Shown in pieces: positions 49,601 to 59,603 of a stretch of DNA of 64,000 nucleotides. The translations under genes and the position numbers were made by a program. The notes under the pieces were generated by a model. The model was not told the DNA's origin and ran no database searches. It worked only from the letters and a program-made list of their open reading frames with translations. The DNA lies in contig NW_027271623.1 of the NCBI RefSeq assembly GCF_040938485.1, forward strand, positions 147,756 through 211,755. Direction: 5' to 3'. Every line of letters begins with the position of its first letter. The stretch's first letter is position 1. This stretch comes from Diadema antillarum (Eukaryota).

Positions 49601-50920
49601 TATGCCAGGCGCGTTGCACAAACCAAACGGCATAGTAACATACTCATAGTGACCAGTCCGTGTGCTGAACGCCGTTTTCTGTCGATCCTCCTCCTTTATC
49701 TCTATTTGCCAGTAACCGGACTGGAGGTCGAGAGTGGAGAAAAGTTTCGCCCCACCCAAACAGTCCAGGCAGTCTTCGATTAATGGCAAGGGATAAGCGT
49801 CTTTCTTGGTAACATCGTTTAGCTTGCGGTAGTCTACACATTGTCGCGTAGATCCATCGCGTTTTCGCACATATACGAGAGGACTCGACCACGGACTCGT
49901 CGATTCGCGAATGATACCAGCCTTAAGTTGCTCGTCGATAATCTTCTCCTCCTCCCCCTCGAAGGCACGAGGCGGACGGCGTGGTCGTTGCTTAATTGGC
50001 TGAGCATCACCCGTGTCGATAGTATGCTGGAAGACTGATGTGCGGCCGTGGTCAGATGGCGAAGAAGCAAACACTTTAAGATGTTTTTCGATTAAATTCG
50101 AGAGCTGCTCGCATTCTTCATCGCTGAGACCAATGATGCTGCGATCATAAAGCTCTTTTACTCCATCAGGCCAACTGCTGGCGTCGATATTGTCAGAAAC
50201 AGTCAGTTTGTCAATGCGGGCTGACGGGGAACGTTCGTGGTCGACGATGTCGGGCACCACACTTACGGACTCGATGCTAGCGATGCGTGTGCCCGCGAAC
50301 AACTGAATGTCATCAAAGTTGGTATTCGCCACACGAATTGGTATGTCGATGTCTCGCCGGCAGACATCGACAAGGCAGTGGGCGACGTGCACAGGTATCT
50401 CAACTCCTCTAATTGGCTCTACAATGGCATAGGACGCTTGGCGTGTGAACTCAGTGTCAATCGTCTTTCCGGCAACAATGCACTCTGAATTTGCCGGTAC
50501 CACTATATCGCTCTTCACATAAACATTAACAACGTTGACAATAGCATTATCTCCATCATATTCAATCGGAAATAATTGATCACCGATGCGAAGACCGCGT
50601 CTAGCCTCCAGGCTGCAATTGAAATGATGCAAAAAGTCGAATCCCAGGAGACCATCATCGGCAACATCAGCTACATATGCATTCCACTCAAAAGGCTTAT
50701 CCCCCAGTCTCACACAAATTTTAACGCATCCATAAACAGAGAGAAATCCATTGTCCGCTGCTTGAAGCTGAATATTTTCAACTAGCTGCTGCATAACTGG
50801 GCGCGAATGGTGGGGCATACGTTCATACAATTTTAATGAAATAACAGTGACCGCTGCACCAGAGTCGACCAACAGCTTAGCGTTCACGCCACTAACATCA
50901 GCTTTAACAAAGGCTGACAT
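46664..50920 (-). CDS. pol: Ty3/gypsy Pol polyprotein (1418 aa): aspartic protease, RT, RNase H, integrase (HHCC zinc finger, DDE core, GPY/F C-terminal module)
   Basis: PR: LLVDSGAAVTVIS. RT: …YLDDVIVMG…. RNase H: …DTDASADGIGAVLSQ…. IN: H-x4-H…C-x2-C (HASTLSGHLGLKKT…CVTCGARK), D…D…E (IAMDIMGPFP / VLVVGDTFTKW… / IHTDQGRTFES), and …CKWVGPYVV…. Confidence 0.92.
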   Translation of the reverse strand: MSAFVKADVSGVNAKLLVDSGAAVTVISLKLYERMPHHSRPVMQQLVENIQLQAADNGFLSVYGCVKICVRLGDKPFEWNAYVADVADDGLLGFDFLHHFNCSLEARRGLRIGDQLFPIEYDGDNAIVNVVNVYVKSDIVVPANSECIVAGKTIDTEFTRQASYAIVEPIRGVEIPVHVAHCLVDVCRRDIDIPIRVANTNFDDIQLFAGTRIASIESVSVVPDIVDHERSPSARIDKLTVSDNIDASSWPDGVKELYDRSIIGLSDEECEQLSNLIEKHLKVFASSPSDHGRTSVFQHTIDTGDAQPIKQRPRRPPRAFEGEEEKIIDEQLKAGIIRESTSPWSSPLVYVRKRDGSTRQCVDYRKLNDVTKKDAYPLPLIEDCLDCLGGAKLFSTLDLQSGYWQIEIKEEDRQKTAFSTRTGHYEYVTMPFGLCNAPGIFERAMELIMKGLQWKTLILYLDDVIVMGSTFDEHIRRLDEVLVRLSSAGLKLKPSKCELFRSEVAYLGHVVSEAGIKPDPEKVRRIADWPTPSSVSDVRSFLGLCSYYRRFIRGFSTIASPLNKLLGKSVRFKWDDECQSGFEQLKQALMGDSVMAYPNDVGTFILDTDASADGIGAVLSQMQWDESAQKEIERSIAFASRSLTRTQRRYCTTRRELLAVVAFVRHFRHFLFGRKFLIRTDHSSLRWIMSFREPTDQMARWLEILSQFDFAIEHREGKKHGNADSLSRVSCDPDSCDCFDGTLILEQLPCGGCSTCRRRHREWVDFFDEDDTVPLSAKRVEVCHTPPKEERESQTHETSTSTRPDMLRRCAGLIFHAVIALCFVLFLISLSITDARSLVLCGLMCLFGVHVYLVNVWDATQFLRRGLWPAPNVVLRMFSAKSASKSRGSKAQHDRDNAVDVAQNNDLPCVSDTDAVAGNFSGPQRLLLGNLDRAELIAMQKQDPDIGIIYGWLTESTERPTRSRVHDKSPAIRNLWLLWNQLQMVDGLLYKRNYTNSKLTAGLQLVVPEKLRDRVMKSSHASTLSGHLGLKKTLSKLQRSFYWLNMKETLRIFLANCVTCGARKRPSSKPRAPLGEYTSGAPMDRIAMDIMGPFPISNNGNRFVLVVGDTFTKWIEAYAIPDQTATTVADVVVREFIARFGTPLEIHTDQGRTFESALFQDICKLLEISKTRTSPYHPSSNGMIERFNRTLVDMIASYVDKKQQNWDENLSLLTSAYRGTIHETTGFSPNFLMLGREARTPIEVSLGIDRPENDHERNAPHDHAADIVATMTEASRIAREHISEAKERQKKNYDARLTVNNYAAGDLVYFLDSTKQKGLSPKLNPCKWVGPYVVIRKLSDLNFEIRIKQAGRTKLLHHDRLKPYTSTDVPPWIANLARKLKDGGDPGKRQAGTQTNPKDTISPRRSTRQSQPPQRFGW

Positions 50921-51003
50921 ACCTGAATGTCTGTTGATTCTTATTATCCTATTCGGCGCAGTCGAGTGTCGGGCCGATCCCTGGTCGATGAGGTCGGCCC
51001 GCT

Positions 51004-52173
51004 CTAGTTTCCCTGTTGTGTGGATGGCTGGTGACTGGGAGGTGGGGGCTGCTCATGCTCAGGCGACCACGGCTGCTGAGGCACAAACGGTGGTGGGGGT
51101 GGTGCCCACGCTGGCTCCGGTTGAGGTTGTTGACGGGGTTGTTGCCGGTGTTGTTGCCACTGTTGCTGCCACGGTTGTTGTCCTCGATATGCTGTTTGTC
51201 CCCAGGCATCCCGTGCAAACCGTTCATTCTGACGACAATTTCTGGCTATGTGTCCCAGTTTCTGGCAATTATAGCATCGCACCGGTGCTCGACCACCGTT
51301 TCCTCCTCGCTGCCCACATGGTGCTTTTTGCCGATTGCTGCCCACATCACTAGCCTTGTCTTCCGGTAATAATCCGGCAAACTTGTGTTCTATTGCGTCC
51401 ATCACGCGTTTTTCGAAAGAAGTGAGGCGCTCCTCAATAACATCGGTCGCCGTCGTCGTTCCCGTGATTGACCTCACAGGCCTCCTCACGGACTCCTCTC
51501 TCAGGTTCATGTACCTCTCCGCTATTTCCATAGCAACCTGCAATGTTTTGGGCTCATGCATCCCAATGGCTAGAGTCATTCCTCCATCGCATAGCCCTCT
51601 GAGGAAATGTCGCACGGCAATGGTTTCGGTGGTTGCCGGGTCCGCGGTTGGATAACCGAATTTTGACAGCCGGCGGATGTCGCCGGCGTACTCTGAGATG
51701 GGTTCTCTCGTTCCTAGGCGGCGCGCCTCAAGTTGGGTGATGTACGGTGTCGCGCTCTTTCTCGATGAGAATCTCTCTGATAGCGCCTTTATGAGTTTGA
51801 CATCGCTTTCGGTGGCATCAGCTGGTAATTGTTGGAAGGCGAAGTCGGCCGCGTCCCCTCGCAACGAAGCTAGCAGCCGAAATCGCCTCTCCCGTGAGTC
51901 CCATTTACACGCGTCGCTGAGATTGTTAAAAGCAGACAAAAAGCTCTCCCATGAACGTGTCCCGTCGAACAATTCCTGGTTTGGAATTTGAACACGCCGC
52001 CGCCTTTGGTCGTCAGGTAGTATCGAAGCACCGGCATCTGTTTCGTCGTCGGTCGATTCTGCCCCCTCTTCCACGCTGACCGTGGATTTTTGAAGGTCGC
52101 GCCTCGCCTGATCCAACTCCTCACGGAGTTGCTTCAGTTCACGCTGGAGATCCGCCTTTCTCTTTGGAGGCAT
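51004..52173 (-). CDS. gag: Gag (389 aa) with a CCHC zinc knuckle and a Gln/Pro-rich C-terminus
   Basis: CYNCQKLGHIARNC. Basic coiled-coil N-terminus MPPKRKADLQRELKQLREELDQARRDL. Stop lies 84 bp upstream of the pol start, in a different frame, so frameshifting or readthrough is expected. Confidence 0.85.
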   Translation of the reverse strand: MPPKRKADLQRELKQLREELDQARRDLQKSTVSVEEGAESTDDETDAGASILPDDQRRRRVQIPNQELFDGTRSWESFLSAFNNLSDACKWDSRERRFRLLASLRGDAADFAFQQLPADATESDVKLIKALSERFSSRKSATPYITQLEARRLGTREPISEYAGDIRRLSKFGYPTADPATTETIAVRHFLRGLCDGGMTLAIGMHEPKTLQVAMEIAERYMNLREESVRRPVRSITGTTTATDVIEERLTSFEKRVMDAIEHKFAGLLPEDKASDVGSNRQKAPCGQRGGNGGRAPVRCYNCQKLGHIARNCRQNERFARDAWGQTAYRGQQPWQQQWQQHRQQPRQQPQPEPAWAPPPPPFVPQQPWSPEHEQPPPPSHQPSTQQGN

Positions 52174-52369
52174 GTCGATTTTTGTTGATGTCGTTGAGGG
52201 AACAGATATAAAACTTGCTATGTCAGGCGCGTGTTGAAGTCACTATATCCCACTCCTGACACCAGTGTTGCGGGTGGGGGTGGTGCCCACGCTGGCCATT
52301 GTCCGCTGCTTGAAGCTGAATATTTTCAACTAGCTGCTGCATAACTGGGCGCGAATGGTGGGGCATACA

Positions 52370-53307
52370 GTGTTGCGGGAAAATGGGTGTTGTTGCACTG
52401 ACTACTGGGGGTGGCAGGATGTTTACCGAGCGGGAATGATACCCCCAATAGAAAGGCACATTTTCCGCAATGGAAGAGAGTTAATTGGTAAGATATAAGG
52501 TGCATCAGGTACATTCACACAATTCATTCACCATCACGATGAGAGGGCTGCAACATAGTTCAATCGGAAGAGCGTATGTTCCGGGCATAAACTGTTATTT
52601 TATTGGCAGATATACTTCACGTTGACAAACGTACATGATCAAAATGAGTTATGACAGGACTTGCCTAATTACTCTAACAGCATGACACGACGACTTTCGC
52701 TAAAGTCCTTAGATTCAAGAAGTCGCTCCTCGTAAGAAGTAAAGTTCTCTCTATTCACGAAGTCCCACAAAGTTAAGTCCCTTGCTTTGACAGATCAATC
52801 GATATTTATACCTCTATGCTCAATGTATTTCTTTAAACTTACAAAGGTATTCGGGCAATTCAAATTATGCGGAAACTATGAGGAACATAGAATATTTGGG
52901 GCGTATACCTTCATATTAGGTAAAACATAGAATTCTTTAGTGGACTATACACAACATAAAATTCCAAACGATGTAATGCGAGGAATGGACAGAATTTACG
53001 GAATGTGCAAGGAATGTGTATTTTATCAGAGATTCAGTCTAGAACGGAAACCCACTTGTTTAGGAATGTGCCCTACTTGGTACTTAATGAGGTAGAGTTA
53101 TGCCAAATATCCTAGGAGGAGAAACCCTGGAAAGTGTCAACATGGAGGGGTGTGCTTGGCACGTGCGGAATGTAAACATTGACCCCACGAGAATTCGCTG
53201 CGGAGGGTGAGTGGTTTTCATCTACAACAAGGCACTTATTGTTCTACATGGTCAGTGCAGGGAGGTGGGTCCCTGGTCAGTGGTTTTCTGCTTATCCATA
53301 TTCGTAA

Positions 53308-53313
<6 letters not shown>
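52370..53313 (-). repeat. LTR; the 5' LTR of the minus-strand gypsy element
   Basis: Near-identical to 36353-37284. The outer flank is (TA)n at 53314-53354. Confidence 0.85.
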
Positions 53314-53358
<45 letters not shown>

Positions 53359-53774
53359 GAGCATATAATATTCTATAAAAAATCAACAAAGACAAGAAAA
53401 TTACATATCATCACAATACTGAGTATCATTGAATGGTATTTGGCAATATAAAAGGAAATAAGTTGTTACAGCATTCAATACAAAACGATGAAATGGATGC
53501 CTGCTAAATTATAAACTGATGGGAGTATTGGATCCCATGATCTAATTATGCAAGTTCATTCTTTTTTTTTTTTTGAACATGAATTCCTAAATTGTTACAA
53601 TGAGCACTATGTATTATGTCGCTTTGAATTGAGTGAAGTGCCGAATCAACTGAGAGAAAAGAGAGGTCATTTGTACCAATGTGTACATGAGCTACAGTGT
53701 AATTAGGAACTGGCTTATTACCCTACATGGACGTCTAAATAGGCACTGAATTGATCAGTGTTTTAGTAGTAGCC

Positions 53775-53900
53775 ATGATAAAAAATTCATGGGCGTATAT
53801 ACTCAAGCAGTATTCGAAACCTAAGACCTCCTGATCACCGGACAGGCGTCATCTCCATTAGACCACCGAGCTTTCGCCCAACAGCAAGTGTTGGTTCTAA
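53775..53900 (-). mobile_element. tRNA-derived SINE copy, first unit of a ~285-bp tandem duplication
   Basis: …GTATTCGAAACCTAAGACCTCCTGATCACCGGACAGGCGTCATCTCC… is homologous to 7790-7905. The preceding 80 bp (…CACTGAATTGATCAGTGTTTTAGTAGTAGCCATGATAAA…) is repeated at 54010-54060. Confidence 0.6.
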
Positions 53901-54054
53901 TCCTTATAGCATGCAGCGGATACTGCGTAATTATTCAAATTCATGAAATTCTTCCGTTGAGATGTTTTCTGTGCAACTGATTGACAGATTGCCCTACATC
54001 AACGTAAACAAGCACTGAATTGATCAATGTTTTAGTAGTAGCCATGATAAACAA

Positions 54055-54160
54055 ATCATGGGCATACATACTCGAGGAGGATTCGAACCTAAGACCTCCT
54101 GATCTCCGGACAGGCGTCATCTTCAGTAGACCACCGAATAAGGATTGGAACCAACACATG
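54055..54160 (-). mobile_element. tRNA-derived SINE copy, second tandem unit
   Basis: …GGATTCGAACCTAAGACCTCCTGATCTCCGGACAGGCGTCATCTTC…. Confidence 0.6.
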
Positions 54161-55350
54161 CTGCTTTATAGCATTTTGTAATAACAATTCTGTATTACTG
54201 ATGCAGGAAATTCAGAAGATAAGTTTGCTGGATGTAAATGTACACATGCAGTGAAAACCTGGCTGGACTCTTCAATGTGGCATGTGTTCAGTGGTGTTGA
54301 TGCTAGTATATGTATTACACAATCACAGTTTATTAGGCTGCCCTCCTTTGTTTTAGTCCAGCAGCATAGTGTTTATAACACTGCATTTGGTTGTTTTCAC
54401 CACAATCTAGCTCAATAAGTGTTAAAATTTGCTTCTGTTGGGGGAAACTTGTGTTTATAGTCGGTAACTCGCGTTACACTTTTCATTGACGTTTTTTAAT
54501 GTGATAACAGTGTTTATTCAAGTCAGCATCCTGTGTCAGTATCAGGGTGTGATGAATTTAGAAAATTATGATTCCCAACAAATTACCTCCACTGCTTCCT
54601 TCAGAATGAAAAATATTTCTTGTTTCAGTAACTCGCGTTACATGGCTCAAGGGTTGAACTTTCATGTTGTGATTAAACTTTTTTGAAGGTGGCATGAAAA
54701 TTTCCTCATGGGAGACTGAATTAGAACCAATTTGCTTCTTTAAAATAAATTAATTGAAGTGCTAGCAGAATTTTTCTATTAAAGAAATGTATATTAAGTT
54801 AAGCATGCATTGTAGCAATTTGGATGACTGAAAAATTGTCTTCAACATTTGTAGCTGTTTCTCGGGAAATCTTTGACCGATTGATATGATTCTTTGAGTT
54901 TCTTTAACTTCAATATATGGGTAATACATAATGAGTAATTCTTTTGCAATATGATAAACTTGAAATTTTAATGCTATGTCCACATTCCCGTGGAATTGCC
55001 CATTTGATGCTCCGTGAGGTGGAATTTTCGTCTTTTTTGATTTGTGAAATTGCAGTTTGTCAAGGCCATTGTGCTAAGTGTTTGTAAGGTTGTAGACTGA
55101 CAGCAAGTATCGAAGAGAAACATGTACCTGTTAAATACCGCCGATTCACAGGTATTCATCAAGATATAATCATTAGAAATTGATGAACCTTCATACACTT
55201 TTACATGTAGCTATAAGCATGACACAGTCATGTACAACCCATAACAATATGTGACTTTTCTTGATATTCAAAAAATACAGTTACAATATCCTACTGAATA
55301 TATTTCCCTCAATTAGTAAAGTATAGCTTATAAATTATCGATCACGATGC

Positions 55351-56982
55351 TCAAATTTCACATTTCGTCGCAACAAATATGTACACTCTATCTGCAGTGG
55401 AGAAAGCTATCTCACCGCTCTCAAATTCCTGTAGATGGCATTCACTTCCAAGTACAAGATTTTGAATTTTGAAATCAGAGACGATATCGTACATGTGCTC
55501 CAAATCTTTCGTGTATCGATCGATACTGATGGTATCCTCAATGTAATCTACCCAGGCTACAATGACCGAATCATCTCGACAAACAGCTGGCCAGGCTGCA
55601 ATACCCTCCTTCCTTAAGACATTCTCCTTCTTCCCATTACTATTAATGCACATGACTTCTAATACCATTGGCACTTCATTTACTATGAAATTCCTCGAAG
55701 TGTGGAAGGAGAAAAGAGTGAAAGGAAAAAAAGCTTCATTGTCAAATGTTATTTCCCTGACTGGCTCACCACCCTGTGGGGTGAATACCTGGATCTGAGG
55801 GCATGTAGGGGATATTGAATAACACACGTAGATATTATCATCTTTATCCACAGCTAGAGCAGCAATATCTTCTTTATCGCAACTCATCGTCTCGAACTCA
55901 GTGTCGAGTTTTTCCCACTGTGGAGTGTACATGGAAATCTCATTTTCTGAATTGCGTATGACACTTCGACCATCCGACAGGAATCGAAAATCAGAGATAC
56001 CGACATCCTTCAGCACGGTTTGCTGTGTCTCACCATCAGGGGAGAAAATGTGGATTCCTCCTTCATCCGAACCCACCGCCATCTTACCGTCTGGTGCACA
56101 AATCATACACTCTATGTTGTCTTTGCTCGGGAGCTCCATTACGTCTACTTTGACATCCCACGAGCAAGTTTTCAGCTCTCCAATGTAATGTTCATTAACC
56201 TTCACTTGTCTACTAAATGAAATCTTCTCCGCTCGCTCTGTCACACCTCGCGGTGATTGGTCGTCAGGATCATCTCGTCCAAGAAGGCTCTCCAGGTTCT
56301 CGCACAGCGTGTCGTGCACAAACAAAGCATCTTTCTCCAGCGGTATCTTCGTGCCGTTGGTAACCAATTCTTCCACAGCGTTCATGTGACTGACTGTTTG
56401 GCGACTCTCTTCCGTCATAGTTTGTAATTCCTTCTCGAATTTTTCAGACAATCGCTTCACTTGAGATTTCAGGGCTTCTCTTCTGTCTAACAAAAGCTGC
56501 ATGCTCTCCTCGTAAGTCTTCTCGATGTCATCATTAAGCTTTCTTAGCATTCTTGTTACTTCATTGCGTTGTGTCTCTATGAACTCGATATGGTTTTCAA
56601 TGGTTGTTTTCTTTGATTTTGTTTTTTCTTTCAACTTCTTGATATTTTCAATTAATTTCTTTTCATGGATGACTGCCTCTTCCAGCTTGTGTCCCTCTTG
56701 CAAATGCTTCAGCATCCCGCATTTATTGCACGTGTACTCTCGGCAATTGGGGCAGAAACAGTCTTCATCCTCATTAGGGTGTTTCTTACATTTCCGTCGC
56801 CTCTTGATTGGAACTTTTCCTGAGAGCACCTCGCTCATGGCTACTATTGAGTGGATGGAGAATGGTGTCCAGGTAGAGTGGCTTTTCTCACAGGCTTTAC
56901 ACATATATTTCCCACAGTCCTGACAGTAGGACACGGCTGGCGGTTTTTCCTCCGTCTTACAAACCGTGCACGTTGGACTCCG
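55351..56982 (-). pseudogene. TRIM-like paralog 3, distal part (B-box1, B-box2, coiled coil, beta-propeller). The 527-aa ORF is intact but is separated from its RING exon by transposon insertions.
   Basis: ORF 55351-56934 extends in frame up to 56982 (…RSPTCTVCKTEEKPPAVSYCQDCGKYMC…). It is ~60-70% identical to the corresponding region of 21414-23264. Confidence 0.75.
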
Positions 56983-56984
56983 GG

Positions 56985-58919
56985 GGTGGTATTCTGTAAG
57001 GGCGATCCTTATTTCGATCCTAGGAGCGCGCGTAGGACAGAAAATAGGATACCCTTAGGACAGGCAAAATCGGTATTCTGTAAGCCTGTCCTAAGCCTAT
57101 CCTAGGACAGTCATTTATAAATAATGAATATTAATGAGGAAAGACAGGACACGCCCGGCGCAGTATCTATAAGCCAATCATCTGGCTAATTTTACGCAAT
57201 GCGCGCCCAAGATCTACATTGCTCAAACATGCGCTTCACGCAGCTCTTACTGTGCGAGGAGTTAAAATGTATTGTCAGTCTAATTTTACAGTTAAGAATA
57301 CAATTTTGATTATCAAAGCTTTAGCACGCACTTAGCCCACCATAATAGATGTGACCTTACGAGTTCCATTAATTAGCATTTAAAGTTTTTGCAGAAATTA
57401 GCTCAAATTTTGAACTTTTGGAGGATGTTGGGGTAAACTGGGATATCATCACTGCATGCCAAACTTCGCCCTTAATTCAAAGTTATTATAAAATATATAA
57501 GATTTTCTTAAATAAATATAAATAATAATAATGATAATAATAGATGCACTCACAGACACACACACACATGCGCTCACATTATTTTATAAATATGATCGAT
57601 ATGCTTGTAATGATAATGTCTTGCTTATAGTTAGGACCTACTGTTTGTCCCACTTAAACCAAACCAATGTTCCACTTCTCCCAGGAAAAAAAACCAATTA
57701 TAACACAAATATGAGACTTATACGAATATAGCGTAGCAACCCGTTATATGGCTAGCATCAAAAGTCTTTTGGTCCGATACATGTGTGCCCGGCCATTCTA
57801 GATATTAGAAAGTTATTCGAGAAACTTCATCAAATCACAATTTTTGTCCCTCTTAATTCACCCCGCTAGCTCTCCCCTATCTTTATGGTAGTATAGACTT
57901 ACATGCAGGGCAATGATAACAGAATAAATAAACAGAATAAATAAAGGAGATTACTGATAGATTAAACAAAGATATAAACATGGAGCTACTATAGCTCCAT
58001 GATATCCTTGTATACGGGTGCTGTTCGCTATTCCGAAGGTTCGTTAATCCGAAACACACAAATTCTCCATACCTAGAGGTTCGTTAATCCGAAAATGAAA
58101 AAGGGTTCGTTAATCCGAATATTTGTGGCGTTATTTCGAAGGTTCGTTATTCTGAAGATTTGTTAATTCGAAAATGAAATTTGGAATAACGAACCTTCGG
58201 AATAACGAATCTTCAGACTGGAGCATTCGGAATAACGAACCTTCGGAATAACGAGCTGTAACCGTATAAACACGTAAGTTCACTACATTTTGGAAAAAAA
58301 AAATGTTAACCCATGCACATGGACTGTTAGGTCACCGGGTTGCGTCACACACTATACGTACGTCTTAACAATAATGTGAGCGTATGGATCGTTGCGTTAC
58401 TAATACTTTACATGGCCGGCGGAACACAAAGAAATGCATAAGGTGTCATCACTTTGGGCCCCCACAATTTTTTTTAACCCGGAAGTACGTAAGTGGCACT
58501 AAATAGAAATAGATAGAGATCTTGAAGTGTGCGGAACGCGGTAAGGTTATGTTTTTCCAATGTAGACTTTTTTTTATTCGCTTGTCAGCTGAAGAAACCC
58601 AGAAATGGAAAGGGTGAGAGGAGCTGAGAACCTTTTTTTATTTTTTTTTTCTTGTTAGCTCATGAAACCCGGAAGTAGGCCCCCACGCTTTTAAAAACGT
58701 TCAGTCGGCCCTGCTTTATTCTTCACGCGACCTAGAAGCACACTGCGTACGTTTCTTTTTCTTTGGTTACTAGATCTTCATAGCAACGACTTCGAGGGTC
58801 ACGTAATGTGGGCGGCGAAGGTAGGCTACTTGCACCGCGTCCGCATGACGTTCGGGCAGACGTTGAGCATAATAATAATGATAACAATAATGACAATAAT
58901 GATAATAATAATAATAATG

Positions 58920-58960
<41 letters not shown>

Positions 58961-59600
58961 AATAATAACAATAACAATGATAATATTAATAATGATGATA
59001 ATTATTATCATTATTACAATATTAATTATAATTATAATAATAGCTTTTGTTGTTATTGTGTACATAATGTACTTTTTATTTATTTTGTGCCGAATAAAAT
59101 GAAATGTGAATTGAATTGAAAATGGCGAACAACAAACAAATAAACACATACCAGCTAGATAAAGAATACAACTGTTTCGAACATAATAGACTGCAGTTTT
59201 AGAATCCTCAGTATGAAAGGGACAGATAACTCTGTTATACGATTCATGTATCTATTTTCTTGTTCATGAACATACAAAATAAGAGACAGTGGGTCGTCAG
59301 TAGGCCTATATACGCAATAGCCCGGCATAATCGCCAGAGAAAGATTGCCTAGAGGCTATCCTTATTTTTGCTCCTAAACTTGATCCTACTTGTGCTTACA
59401 GAATACCACTTATCTTAAGATCTCATTAACATCTAATTACATCTAATTAACATATCAAGTTACGCCCCTATCCTAAACTGGGAAAGAAATAAGGATCCCT
59501 GACGTCACTATCCTATTTCTCCTCCTACGCGCGGTGTTACAGAATACCAATCGCGTATTTAGGAGCGAGAGCTGTCCTAGGATCCTTACAGAATACCACC
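56985..59600. mobile_element. Non-autonomous TIR (DNA-transposon-like) element, 2.6 kb, with 17-bp perfect TIRs GGTGGTATTCTGTAAGG, inserted in the TRIM coding sequence
   Basis: Left TIR 56985-57001; its reverse complement at 59584-59600. Sub-terminal GGTATTCTGTAAG / CCTAGGA repeats on both sides. No transposase ORF. Internal inverted GGTTCGTTAATCCGAA / TTCGGAATAACGAACC repeats at 58020-58260. Internal (AAT)n at 58862-59040. Confidence 0.75.
58862..59040. repeat. (AAT)n / (AATAAT)n microsatellite inside the TIR element
   Basis: Direct reading. It generates the spurious poly-N, poly-I and poly-L ORFs on both strands. Confidence 0.95.
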
Positions 59601-59603
59601 CCT

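Larger units (their letters stand above)
36353..53313 (-). mobile_element. Composite Ty3/gypsy LTR retrotransposon (~17 kb) with nested LINE material. Order on the minus strand: 5' LTR, mosaic leader, gag, pol, ORF3, nested LINE and L1-ORF1p gene in opposite orientation, PPT, 3' LTR.
   Basis: The direct LTRs are near-identical. Both outer flanks are (TA)n. The PPT lies at the 3' LTR. gag-pol is on the minus strand. Confidence 0.65.

Noticed and set aside
46945-51655. Numerous 60-170-aa plus-strand ORFs overlapping pol and gag (for example 47480-47812, 50847-51353, 51016-51369)
   Set aside because: These are antisense or shadow ORFs inside a GC-rich coding region. They are expected by chance in GC-rich sequence and have no motifs.
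58806-59149. ORFs of 98-107 aa made of poly-I, poly-N, poly-L or poly-D on both strands
   Set aside because: These are translations of the (AAT)n/(ATT)n microsatellite in three frames, not genes. The same applies to 6561-6743 (poly-L from (AAT)n), 4704-4967, 27148-27415 and 5917-6237 (translations of TA/CA repeats).
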